Source of the DNA: a virus
Taxonomy: Duplodnaviria > Caudoviricetes
Reading direction: 5' to 3' (one strand)
IMG/VR virus record: IMGVR_UViG_3300027804_000104
Coordinates: 1 to 39,904 of that record
Length of the DNA stretch: 39,904 nucleotides
The position numbers were made by a program, and so were the translations under genes. This document shows, one piece after another, positions 8,328 to 17,224 of the stretch; positions within the stretch are counted from its first letter, which is position 1; each line of letters begins with the position of its first letter. Below the pieces are notes generated by a model. The model was not told the origin of the DNA and searched no databases. It saw only the letters and a list, made by a program, of their open reading frames with translations.

Positions 8328-10253
8328 ATGACTATCCCCCCGTCCCTCGCACAGCCGTCATTCACACAGGCTCCCATCGAGACAACCGACCCCAACGCGA
8401 TCTCCAAGACGATCATGGACGCGAAAGGCGACCTGCTAACAGCCACCGGCGCAGACATCCCCGCGAGGCTCGCTGTCGGCACAGACGGACAGGTGCTCGT
8501 CGCCGACTCCACCCAAACCACCGGCCTGAAATGGGCTGTTGACCCGACCACCACCTCATTTGACGCTAAAGGCGACCTGCTGGTCGGAACCGGCCCTGAC
8601 GCCTACACCCGTGTCCCCGTCGGCACCAACAATCAGGTGCTCGTCGCCGACTCCGCTGAAGCGTCCGGTGTCCGCTGGTCATCCGAACAAGACCCCAATG
8701 CGATCACCAAGAGCATCATCGACGCCAAAGGTGACCTGATCGCTGGCACCGCCGCCGACACCCCAGCACGACTGGCGGTCGGCTCCGACGGGCAGTATCT
8801 GATCGCAGACTCGACACAGGCGGCAGGGATCAAATGGGCGGCTCCCAACATCACGCTCGGCACCGAAACATCCGGCGACTATGTCGCTGGGGTAACTGGC
8901 GGCACAGGGGTGACTGTCACCGGGTCCGGTGGCGAAACGTCAACCCCTTCGATCGCTATTGGGCAGGCTGTCGGCACAGGTGACACGGTCGCTTTCGGTG
9001 GGTTGAACGTCGACTCCGGCACCCTGTATGTGGATGCCACCAACAATCGGGTGGGCATCAACGACACAACCCCGTCATACAGCCTTGACGTGACCGGAGA
9101 CGGGCATTTCAGCACCGATCTGACGGTGGACGGCACCGTGTACGCACCGCACATCCACGGCGATTTGGCGGGCCTTGTGTACTTCCATGTGAAGAACACG
9201 ACTGCTTCCACCATTCCGAACGGCACCCCCATCTACATCACCGGCACCGTCGGCTCAACACAGGTCGCCGAGATCGCCCCAGCTGACGCATCCAACAGCG
9301 CGAAAATGCCTGCGATCGGCATCACCGACGGCGACATCATCGCTAATGCGAACGGTCATGCGGTCATCGTCGGCGACCTAGACGGACAGAACACCAACGC
9401 CTACAGCATCAACCAGCCTCTTTATGTTGCATCCGGCGGTGGCATTACCGGCACCCGTCCTACCGGTGCATCCGACGTGATTCAGGTGGTCGGCCATGTC
9501 GCTCGAGTGAACACCAACACCGGTGGCATCGTTGTCGCCTGCGGGCCGTCAGCGAACACTCCGAACACGATCTCGGTGACCGGCAACATCTCTACTTCCG
9601 CAGGACAGTTCAACGGGTCTGGGGCCGGACTCACCTCGATCCCTGCCGGACAACTGTCTGGCACCGTCCCCTCAAGCAACATCGGCAACGACTCTGTTGC
9701 GCTCGGTACGAAGACGACCGGCGACTATGTGGCGACGTTGCAGGCCGGTACTGGTGTCACGGTCACCAACGGGTCGGGCGAAGGAGTGTCGCCGACGGTC
9801 GCTATCGGACAGGCTGTTGGTATCGCCGACTCTCCCCAATTCCAAGCGTTGACAACTACAGGAACCGTGTCAGCGAACGCGGTGTCGGTGACCAACGGTG
9901 TTGGGGCCGCGTCTGCGACGATCACCGGCACGACAGCCACCTCGGCTTTGACGGTGGACGGCATCGAGATTGACACTACCGGAGCGTCTGCCAACCAGGT
10001 ACTTCAATACAACGGCACCAAGTTTGTGCCAGCCACAGTCAGCGGTGGCATCCCAGACACCATTTTCGATGCCAAAGGCGACTTGATCGCTGCCAGCGCA
10101 CCTGACACTGCAGCCCGGCTGCCGGTCGGAACAAACGGCCAGTTCTTGGCCGCTAATTCGGCAACATCAACTGGCCTTGAATGGCAAACCATCTCGGTGA
10201 TGCCAAACTTTGAAGACGACCAGAACATTCTTGCCAACCAGGTTTTTAGTTAG
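8328..10253 (+). CDS. tail fibre protein
   Basis: 641 aa G/T/A-rich, four DAKGDL repeats and two GDYVA..GTGVTVT repeats; RBS GAAAGGAG. Confidence 0.75.
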   Translation: MTIPPSLAQPSFTQAPIETTDPNAISKTIMDAKGDLLTATGADIPARLAVGTDGQVLVADSTQTTGLKWAVDPTTTSFDAKGDLLVGTGPDAYTRVPVGTNNQVLVADSAEASGVRWSSEQDPNAITKSIIDAKGDLIAGTAADTPARLAVGSDGQYLIADSTQAAGIKWAAPNITLGTETSGDYVAGVTGGTGVTVTGSGGETSTPSIAIGQAVGTGDTVAFGGLNVDSGTLYVDATNNRVGINDTTPSYSLDVTGDGHFSTDLTVDGTVYAPHIHGDLAGLVYFHVKNTTASTIPNGTPIYITGTVGSTQVAEIAPADASNSAKMPAIGITDGDIIANANGHAVIVGDLDGQNTNAYSINQPLYVASGGGITGTRPTGASDVIQVVGHVARVNTNTGGIVVACGPSANTPNTISVTGNISTSAGQFNGSGAGLTSIPAGQLSGTVPSSNIGNDSVALGTKTTGDYVATLQAGTGVTVTNGSGEGVSPTVAIGQAVGIADSPQFQALTTTGTVSANAVSVTNGVGAASATITGTTATSALTVDGIEIDTTGASANQVLQYNGTKFVPATVSGGIPDTIFDAKGDLIAASAPDTAARLPVGTNGQFLAANSATSTGLEWQTISVMPNFEDDQNILANQVFS

Positions 10254-10261
10254 GAGCACCA

Positions 10262-10621
10262 GTGGCTACGTTCAGCAAAAAAATACTCAGCGGATCAACC
10301 GATGGACGACCCATCTTGGTCGCCACCAACAGCTCGCCTGGCACCACCATCCACACTGGATCGAGCACCGCCACCACATTTCAGGAAATCTGGCTGTATG
10401 CCAGCAACCCTGGAGGCGTTCAACGCACCGTGACCATTCAATGGGGTGGGACAACCAGCCCGAATGATTACATCACGTTCGCTTTGCCAGCGCAGAGCGG
10501 TCTTGTTGTTGTTGTCCCTGGCCTCATCTTGAAAGGAAACGCAACGCCACTCGTTGTCCGGGCGTTTGCCGATACTGCAAGCCAAGTCAACATCAGCGGA
10601 TACGTCAACGAGATTGCCTAA
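10262..10621 (+). CDS. tail-fibre-associated virion protein
   Basis: 119 aa beta-rich, RBS AGGAG, between fibre and LRR gene. Confidence 0.6.
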   Translation: MATFSKKILSGSTDGRPILVATNSSPGTTIHTGSSTATTFQEIWLYASNPGGVQRTVTIQWGGTTSPNDYITFALPAQSGLVVVVPGLILKGNATPLVVRAFADTASQVNISGYVNEIA

Positions 10622-12348
10622 TGTCAAGGTTTGCCCAACGCACGCAACGCACTGGTGTGGTCGATGACTTTCTCCCCAACGTCAGCCGACCCCAAAAATA
10701 CCTTCGCAACTCCGAGGGCATGCCTTGGGTTAGGCCATCAGATTGGCTAGATACCACTCCGGTTGCAGCGACAGAAATCTGTTTTCTGTACGCCGTTTAT
10801 CAACCTGACTCAAACTTTCTTCAGTTCAGCGTTACGACATCATCCGGCAATTTTACGGTTGATTGGGGCAATAGCACAAGCAATTCGTATGCCTCAGGCA
10901 CGTCGGTCGCCAAACAGTTCTTGTGGGCCAGTTATGGGAACTTGTCAGCAAGGGGTTATCGCCAAGCTCGAGTCCGAATTACTGGCAACATTACAGGGGT
11001 CAATTTCAACCTAAGGCATGCAAGTGTTACTAGTTCCTCCGCTTCGTCGCAAATTGTTGAAATAAGCGCCCAGGGTTCATCTATCACATCTTTCACAATG
11101 TCTGCATCGAGTGTGAACATTAATCACCTGAGCTTAGAAAACTTTGCTTTTATCGGCACCTGTTCGATAACCAGCATGGCCCGCATGTTCAGCAATTGTA
11201 ATGCCTTGCAGTCAGTGTCTTTGCCGAACACGTCGAGCGTCACCAACATGAGCGTTATGTTCAACGCTTGTTACAGCTTGCAGTCAGTGTCTTTGCCGAA
11301 CACGTCGAGCGTCACCAACATGAACAGCATGTTCAACAATTGTACCGGCTTGCAGTCGGTGTCGCTGCCAAACACGGCAGCCGTCACCGACATGGGCGGC
11401 ATGTTCAACGCTTGTTACAACTTGCAGTCGGTGTCGCTGACAAACACGGCAGCCGTCACCAACATGGGCGGCATGTTTGGCGGTTGTTACAACTTGCAGT
11501 CGGTGTCGCTGCCAAACACGGCAGCCGTTACCGACATGAACAGCATGTTCAACGCTTGTTACAGCTTGCAGTCGGTGTCTTTGCCGAACACGGCAGCCGT
11601 TACCGACATGGGCGGCATGTTTGGCAGTTGTTACAGCTTGCAGTCAGTGTCTTTGCCGAACACGGCAGCCGTCACCAACATGGCTCAGATGTTTATCGGT
11701 TGTTACAACTTGCAGTCGGTGTCGCTGGCGAACACGGCAGCCGTCACCAACATGTCGAACATGTTCGACGGTTGTAATGCCTTGCAGTCAGTGTCTTTGC
11801 CGAACACGGCAGCCGTCACCGACATGGGCGGCATGTTTTTTGCCTGCTTTGGTTTGCAGTCAGTGTCTTTGCCGAACACGTCGGCCGTCACCAACATGAG
11901 CGTTATGTTTTTTGCCTGCTATGGTTTGCAGTCAGTGTCGCTGCCAAACACGGCAGCCGTTACCGACATGAACAGCATGTTTTATAGTTGTTACGGCTTG
12001 CAGTCGGTGTCGCTGGCGAACACGGCAGCCGTCACCAACATGGCTCAGATGTTCAACAATTGTTACGGCTTGCAGTCAGTGACAGGGCTAAGCGGCGCAA
12101 GCGCTTACGGCAGCGGCACCTACACCAGCATGTTCAACAATTGTCCCAGCCTGCAATCTATTTCAGCAACCAACATGAAATTCACTCACAGCATCCAATA
12201 CTGCAAACTAAGCGCAACTTACCTCAACGCTTACTACACAGCCCTCCCGACCGTCAGCGCCCAAACCTTGTCTGTCACCGGCAACTGGGGAACCGCCACC
12301 GACAACCCCGCAATTGCAACTGCCAAAGGATGGACGGTCGTAGGATGA
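10621..12348 (+). CDS. BspA/DUF285-type leucine-rich-repeat protein, putative receptor-binding protein
   Basis: 12 tandem 24-aa repeats LQSVSLPNTAAVTxMxxMFxxCxx; N-terminal VDWG (PKD-like) segment; C-terminal AKGWTV. Confidence 0.8.
   Translation: MSRFAQRTQRTGVVDDFLPNVSRPQKYLRNSEGMPWVRPSDWLDTTPVAATEICFLYAVYQPDSNFLQFSVTTSSGNFTVDWGNSTSNSYASGTSVAKQFLWASYGNLSARGYRQARVRITGNITGVNFNLRHASVTSSSASSQIVEISAQGSSITSFTMSASSVNINHLSLENFAFIGTCSITSMARMFSNCNALQSVSLPNTSSVTNMSVMFNACYSLQSVSLPNTSSVTNMNSMFNNCTGLQSVSLPNTAAVTDMGGMFNACYNLQSVSLTNTAAVTNMGGMFGGCYNLQSVSLPNTAAVTDMNSMFNACYSLQSVSLPNTAAVTDMGGMFGSCYSLQSVSLPNTAAVTNMAQMFIGCYNLQSVSLANTAAVTNMSNMFDGCNALQSVSLPNTAAVTDMGGMFFACFGLQSVSLPNTSAVTNMSVMFFACYGLQSVSLPNTAAVTDMNSMFYSCYGLQSVSLANTAAVTNMAQMFNNCYGLQSVTGLSGASAYGSGTYTSMFNNCPSLQSISATNMKFTHSIQYCKLSATYLNAYYTALPTVSAQTLSVTGNWGTATDNPAIATAKGWTVVG
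11206..12069 (+). repeat. tandem coding repeat, 12 x 72 bp
   Basis: units start TTGCAGTC at 11206, 11278 ... 11998; partial unit at 12070. Confidence 0.95.
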
Positions 12349-12614
12349 ACCCAGGCTTCTACAAAAACGACGGCGGTATTCTGCTGTACGGCCCAAACTT
12401 TGTGCTCAACAAAGACTACGAACTACGCGCCGAAACCCACGCCGACCACACCTACCCCATCGATGGCTGGTCATGGTTTGATGGCGAGGACAACGCCCGC
12501 GTGGCGTTAGGGCTGCCTGTTGAGAATGGTTCAATAATAGATGAAGCCTCAGAATCGGGCAGGCAAGGCAACACCCCCGAACCGTGGGAACCCTCCACCA
12601 CCCCGGAGCCGTAA
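12345..12614 (+). CDS. small protein after LRR gene (possible fibre chaperone)
   Basis: ATGA overlap; MNPGFYKNDG...YPIDGWSWFD, 89 aa. Confidence 0.65.
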   Translation: MNPGFYKNDGGILLYGPNFVLNKDYELRAETHADHTYPIDGWSWFDGEDNARVALGLPVENGSIIDEASESGRQGNTPEPWEPSTTPEP

Positions 12615-12651
12615 TCCAATAGGCTGACCTCAACACCTGCCAGGAGGGAAC

Positions 12652-12900
12652 ATGACCAAACAAAGCCTGCTTGACGACATACGCCACGAAAACGGGCGCG
12701 GATCCGGCCCGAACTGTTGGGTCGGCCAACTTCTCGCCAGCCTCACCCCCCAAGACCGAACCGACCTCGAGGCCGCTTTCGCCGACTCAAACATCCAGCA
12801 TTCGGCGATCGCCCGCGCCCTACGCAACCGGGGTTACGACGTGAAACAGTCAGCCATCCCCCGCCACCGGAAGAAAGAATGCTCCTGTGAGTCTCGCTGA
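12652..12900 (+). CDS. hypothetical protein (possible small HTH/Zn-binding)
   Basis: 82 aa, RBS AGGAGG, C...IARAL...HRKKECSC. Confidence 0.65.
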   Translation: MTKQSLLDDIRHENGRGSGPNCWVGQLLASLTPQDRTDLEAAFADSNIQHSAIARALRNRGYDVKQSAIPRHRKKECSCESR

Positions 12901-13945
12901 CGACATCAACGCCGAAAACAACGATCTGACTTCGGTCAACCGGATACGCCGTCAACGCGACCAAGCGAACGCCGAAAACCTGAAACTGATCGAACGGCTT
13001 GAGGAACTGGAACGCGCCCTCAACCTGATTGACGCGGCGACCAGCACCACCCTGCAACCCCCGAAATGGCTGGTCACACCCCCGTCAGGCCGGAAGAAAC
13101 ACGCCACCCTGACGCTCCTGCTGTCCGACACCCATTTCGACGAGGTGGTGTTGCCCGAAGAAGTGGGTGGGCTGAACGCCTACAACCGCAAGATCGCCGA
13201 ACTTCGGCTACAGGCATGGGCGCAGAACGCGATCAAGATCGCCCGCCACTATCTCGCCGGGGTCACCTACGACGGGGTGGTCATCATGCTGGGAGGCGAC
13301 ATCTTCTCCGGCGACATCCATGAGGAACTCGCCCAAACGAACGAAGACACGATGCTCGGCTCCCTGCTCCATTGGTCGGAGCAACTGTGCGCGGCACTCA
13401 CCATGTTCGCCGACGAGTTTGGGAAAGTCCATGTCGCAGCGGTGATGGGCAACCACGGGCGCATGAGCCGGAAACCTCGAGCCAAACTGCGGGCCAGAAC
13501 CAACTTCGACTGGCTTCTCGCCAAGATGATCGAACGCCACCTCGGCTCCGACAAGCGGTTCACCTTCCAAGTGGGAGAGAACACCGACTGCCTGATCCCC
13601 ATCTACGGCACCCACCATCTGCTCACCCACGGCGACCAAGTGTCCGGCGGTGGCGGTATCGGCGGTATCTGGCCTCCGATCATGCGGATGCGAGCGCGGA
13701 AAGCCCAACGGGCCAACGACACCGGCACCCCGTTCACCACCCTGTGGATGGGGCATTGGCATCAGCTGATCCAAACCCCCGGTCTGATCGTCAACGGCAG
13801 CCTGAAAGGCACCGACGAATACGCTTGGGTGTCCAACTTCGGCCATGAACCCCCACAGCAGGCTCTCGCCATCGTCACCCCCGAACATGGCATTACCATT
13901 CAGGCACCCGTATTCAGCCTTGACAGGAAGCGAGAAAAGTGGTGA
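12887..13945 (+). CDS. calcineurin-like metallophosphoesterase
   Basis: motifs SDTH, GD, GNHG, HGD, GHWH; N-terminal coiled coil. Confidence 0.85.
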   Translation: MSLADDINAENNDLTSVNRIRRQRDQANAENLKLIERLEELERALNLIDAATSTTLQPPKWLVTPPSGRKKHATLTLLLSDTHFDEVVLPEEVGGLNAYNRKIAELRLQAWAQNAIKIARHYLAGVTYDGVVIMLGGDIFSGDIHEELAQTNEDTMLGSLLHWSEQLCAALTMFADEFGKVHVAAVMGNHGRMSRKPRAKLRARTNFDWLLAKMIERHLGSDKRFTFQVGENTDCLIPIYGTHHLLTHGDQVSGGGGIGGIWPPIMRMRARKAQRANDTGTPFTTLWMGHWHQLIQTPGLIVNGSLKGTDEYAWVSNFGHEPPQQALAIVTPEHGITIQAPVFSLDRKREKW

Positions 13946-14301
13946 AACCGGTTCTCGTCATCTGGCACGACGCACACGCTGGCACCAGCCAATGGACGCG
14001 CCTAGACGAGATGGAAGACGACGGCCCGTACGAAGTGTTCAGCGTCGGATTCCTGCTGGATCGCCGATCGGGTGGCAAAACGAAACACATCTCCATCACC
14101 CAATCTTGGACCCCGGAAGCGTGTGTAGACTCGGTTCTCCACATCCCTGTCAAGATGGTCCAAAAGGTCATCTATCTTCTCGAGGTCGACGATGAACATC
14201 CCGGTGCGATTGGCAAAAGTGATCTACAAGTTTCTCACCCGATGCACCCCTCGAGGCTTGGAAGAGGAACAGGAACTGGCGTGGGCGATCAAAACGCTTG
14301 A
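13942..14301 (+). CDS. hypothetical phage protein
   Basis: VLVIWHDAH...SVGFL...IP pattern; coupled to phosphoesterase stop (start could be 13939). Confidence 0.65.
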   Translation: MKPVLVIWHDAHAGTSQWTRLDEMEDDGPYEVFSVGFLLDRRSGGKTKHISITQSWTPEACVDSVLHIPVKMVQKVIYLLEVDDEHPGAIGKSDLQVSHPMHPSRLGRGTGTGVGDQNA

Positions 14302-14332
14302 CGGCCTGTTGCACCGCAACGCAAAAAAGTGA
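14192..14332 (+). CDS. small hypothetical protein (46 aa, not in ORF track)
   Basis: MNIPVRLAKVIYKFLTRCTPRGLEEEQELAWAIKTLDGLLHRNAKK; GAGGT upstream; overlaps tail of previous ORF. Confidence 0.45.
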   Translation: MNIPVRLAKVIYKFLTRCTPRGLEEEQELAWAIKTLDGLLHRNAKK

Positions 14333-14349
14333 TGTTGTAATCTGATGCG

Positions 14350-15414
14350 GTGAAATATGTACCGCGTCTAACAGTCCTGCTAGTTTGCCTGTTTGCGTGG
14401 GTTCAGCCTGCTCGAGCAGAAGAAGTGACGGTGACTGGGGCGAACGACCTGTGGTTCACGTTCTCTGAGCCGGTCGTCTTCAAGGTGCGGTCATACGCCC
14501 AACAGTACGGGATTGACTCGATGCTGTGGCTGTACGACTCCGACGGCAACCTTCTCACCCAGAACGACGACTGGTTCGGGCTGGACTCTTGGATCGAACA
14601 TCCGGTTCCGGCAGGCTCCTACCGGCTTCGCACCGGCGTCTGCTGCGGAAACCCTGACGCCTGGTATGGCACGTCGTACACGTTGGACATCAACTCGACA
14701 CCCGACGAAACATCCACCACCACAACCAGCACAACCACTACTGTGGTATCCACAACCACTCTGCCGGAGGCGACGACCACAACATGGGTTCCCACCACAA
14801 CATCCACGGTCCCGACGACGACGAGTACTACCATTGCCCCGTCGACGACTGTCCCTGCCACGGAACCGCTCCCGGAATCATCTTCGTCCACTACATCGGC
14901 CCCGACGACCACGACCTCTACCGTTGGGCCGTCAACCAGTACGACCGTCTCTTCGGCTCCTACAACGACACCGACGACGACGAGCACAACGACCTCGACG
15001 ACTACGACCCAGCCCAGCTCGTCGGAGACATCGACAACTACCTCCGTTCCCGGGCTAACCACCCCACCGACAAGCAGCCTCCCACCCGAGAATGAGGCTC
15101 TGACCAGCGTCTTAGCAGACCCCACCGTTTTTGACGACCTGTCAGAAACCGAGGTGGAAGACCTGATCGCCACTATCGCCGACGCTCCGCTCACCGACGC
15201 GGAAGCCGAACAACTGTCAGCCGTACTGTCAGACGCGCCTGACGAAGTGAAAGCCGAGTTTGAGTCGCAGATTGACGTGTTCTCCGGCCAGTTTGACACC
15301 TACGTTCCGCTCGGCTCGGTCGTGGACGTGGGAACCCGACGAACCCTCGTCGCCGTCACAGCAACCACCCTGGTTGCCATCCCCGCCCCCACCAGCAGCA
15401 GGAGAAAACCATGA
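14350..15414 (+). CDS. secreted/surface protein with PPC-like domain and Ser/Thr-rich stalk
   Basis: signal peptide (ARA/EE), DSMLWLYD...NDD...DS.I...GSYRL domain, long T/S/P linker, acidic domain, hydrophobic end + RRKP. Confidence 0.7.
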   Translation: MKYVPRLTVLLVCLFAWVQPARAEEVTVTGANDLWFTFSEPVVFKVRSYAQQYGIDSMLWLYDSDGNLLTQNDDWFGLDSWIEHPVPAGSYRLRTGVCCGNPDAWYGTSYTLDINSTPDETSTTTTSTTTTVVSTTTLPEATTTTWVPTTTSTVPTTTSTTIAPSTTVPATEPLPESSSSTTSAPTTTTSTVGPSTSTTVSSAPTTTPTTTSTTTSTTTTQPSSSETSTTTSVPGLTTPPTSSLPPENEALTSVLADPTVFDDLSETEVEDLIATIADAPLTDAEAEQLSAVLSDAPDEVKAEFESQIDVFSGQFDTYVPLGSVVDVGTRRTLVAVTATTLVAIPAPTSSRRKP

Positions 15415-15572
15415 AGAAACTACCCAAAGTCGTCATCGAAACCGGGGTGATGGCCGGATCCCTCGGCCTCGTCCTCATCACCTTGTCCGGCGAAACCCGA
15501 ACTCAGGCTCTCATCATTTCGCTGGCAAGCATCGCCTTCTATGTTGGCTCCCAGCTGCTCTCCGACGACTAG
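15411..15572 (+). CDS. small two-TM membrane protein (53 aa, not in ORF track)
   Basis: RBS AGGAG, ATGA overlap; MKKLPKVVIETGVMAGSLGLVLITLSGETRTQALIISLASIAFYVGSQLLSDD. Confidence 0.65.
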   Translation: MKKLPKVVIETGVMAGSLGLVLITLSGETRTQALIISLASIAFYVGSQLLSDD

Positions 15573-15581
15573 ACTGTTGCC

Positions 15582-15737
15582 ATGACTTTGACCCGAAAGA
15601 CACTCTCGAGCGCGGTAATCGTGCTAGTTTGTGCCGTATTGAGCCAATGTTCAGACAGGTACAGGTACCCTTGTGACAACCCAGCCAACGCCGGAACAGC
15701 CGAATGTCAGGGAACGGATGCCGTCCCGACCCCGTAA
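15582..15737 (+). CDS. small Cys-rich putative lipoprotein (51 aa, not in ORF track)
   Basis: MTLTRKTLSSAVIVLVCAVLSQCSDRYRYPCDNPANAGTAECQGTDAVPTP; signal-like N-terminus; TAGACT 6 nt upstream. Confidence 0.6.
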   Translation: MTLTRKTLSSAVIVLVCAVLSQCSDRYRYPCDNPANAGTAECQGTDAVPTP

Positions 15738-15981
15738 AGAGCGGATGACCGCCCAAGAGCTGGACGCTCGCCTGCGGTATTACGTCGGCATCGGGCTGAT
15801 CGTCATCGTCGGTCTGATCGTCGTCACCATGCTGTGGGGACTCCTGTTCGTCGTCCAGCCTTTGGACGCCCAATCGCCGAACGACAAAGCGATGCTTGAA
15901 ATCCTCGGGCCGATCTGTTACACATTGGTTGGTGCCGCCGTCGGCATCGTTGCCACAAGAGGCAACCGTAAAGACGACTAA
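15718..15981 (+). CDS. two-TM membrane protein (holin-like)
   Basis: two hydrophobic helices, charged termini; start uncertain (15673, 15718 or 15745). Confidence 0.6.
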   Translation: MPSRPRKERMTAQELDARLRYYVGIGLIVIVGLIVVTMLWGLLFVVQPLDAQSPNDKAMLEILGPICYTLVGAAVGIVATRGNRKDD

Positions 15982-15995
15982 CAAGGAGCCTGCCA

Positions 15996-16199
15996 ATGCC
16001 CACCGTCCGAGCCACTCTGGTTCTCGCCGTCACCGTTGACCATTTGCCACCGGAAATCCCCGGCTACAAGTCGCCGGAAGGGGACGAACCGCCGATCGAC
16101 GGTGGTGAACAGGTCGTCTACGACGTGATGAAGACCTTGCAGGAAGTGCTTCCCGACAACTGCTATATGTTCGTTCGGGCGACAACCGTGGACAACTGA
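15996..16199 (+). CDS. hypothetical protein
   Basis: 67 aa, RBS AAGGAG. Confidence 0.6.
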   Translation: MPTVRATLVLAVTVDHLPPEIPGYKSPEGDEPPIDGGEQVVYDVMKTLQEVLPDNCYMFVRATTVDN

Positions 16200-16226
16200 C
16201 CGGTTTCACCTGCTAGCGTTCCGAGA

Positions 16227-16952
16227 ATGGGACGCAAATACACAGGTTGGGACGCGAACGCCACCGGCAAACGAGCCGGACTCGAAAAGTTTGTCGAACT
16301 CACCATCAAGCATTTCAACAACGGTGTGTGGAACAACGGCACCTGGTCGGTTCGCAACATGAAGAACCCGGCGTTGAAAACCCCGAAACCGTCTGTTCAT
16401 GGCACCGGACGTGCCGCCGACCTGTCGTGGCGAAGCCACAAAGGCAAAGGTTTCGGCGACTACAACACCGCCTGTCAAGTCGTCGACTTTTGGGTGGCGA
16501 ACGCCGAACTGTTCCTAGTCGAGGAAATCCACGACTATTTCCCTGGACCGCACGGACGAGGCTGGCGTTGCGACAAGGCCGTGTGGACGGTGTACAAGAA
16601 GCCGTCTATCGGTTCGGCTCCTGGTGGCGACTGGTTCCATGTGGAGATCGCCCCCACTCACGCCGATAATCCCGCCTACTACGAGGAGGCTTTCGCCAGT
16701 CTCGCAGGCGCACCTGCCCCCACCCCCACCCGTGAAATCAGCGACGGACTCAAGTTTGACTATCCGGGCCAGCCGGTCAAGCTCGGCTCCAAAGGTCCGG
16801 CTGTCGCGTTGGTGCAGGCTGCGATCGGAGCGAAGCCCGACGGAGAGTTCGGCCCCAAGACCGACTATCGGGTGAAGGAATGGCAGATGGCCCGCAACAT
16901 CGCCCCCGACGGAATCGTCGGACCGGTCACCTGGAAGGTCATGTTCGGCTGA
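16227..16952 (+). CDS. endolysin: Zn peptidase (M15-like) plus C-terminal peptidoglycan-binding domain
   Basis: SVHGTGRAADL and WFHVE (H-D-H Zn ligands); DGEFGPKT...WQ...DGIVGPVTW PG-binding repeat. Confidence 0.8.
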   Translation: MGRKYTGWDANATGKRAGLEKFVELTIKHFNNGVWNNGTWSVRNMKNPALKTPKPSVHGTGRAADLSWRSHKGKGFGDYNTACQVVDFWVANAELFLVEEIHDYFPGPHGRGWRCDKAVWTVYKKPSIGSAPGGDWFHVEIAPTHADNPAYYEEAFASLAGAPAPTPTREISDGLKFDYPGQPVKLGSKGPAVALVQAAIGAKPDGEFGPKTDYRVKEWQMARNIAPDGIVGPVTWKVMFG

Positions 16953-17200
16953 TGGAAGCGGTGCTGGTCGCCCTCATCGGTGGTGCTTTTACCATCGTCG
17001 CCATCCTCGTCGAGAAGGGTCGCAAAGAGAACCAGCGTGACCACAACAACGTGATGGACCGTCTTGATTTGGTGTCATCGGAGATCCGCAAAGACATCCG
17101 GCAGGTGCGCTACGACTTGACCGACCATGTGAACGGACCTGCACACCTTCCGGCACCTGCACCTGCTAAAGTGGTGCGGAAACGCCCGAAGGCTGGATAG
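16952..17200 (+). CDS. single-TM membrane protein (holin-like)
   Basis: TGATG coupling to endolysin; MEAVLVALIGGAFTIVAILVE then coiled coil. Confidence 0.6.
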   Translation: MEAVLVALIGGAFTIVAILVEKGRKENQRDHNNVMDRLDLVSSEIRKDIRQVRYDLTDHVNGPAHLPAPAPAKVVRKRPKAG

Positions 17201-17224
17201 CCGTAGGTTTCGACGGAGACTTCT

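Noticed and set aside
11206-12069. CRISPR array or DGR template/variable repeat
   Set aside because: Repeats are contiguous in-frame coding units with no spacers and no cas genes. Although many variable codons look like AAY derivatives, no reverse transcriptase or separate non-coding template repeat is present.
14700-15080. Thr/Ser-coding ACN repeats as a DNA repeat element
   Set aside because: Explained by the low-complexity protein linker; codons are degenerate
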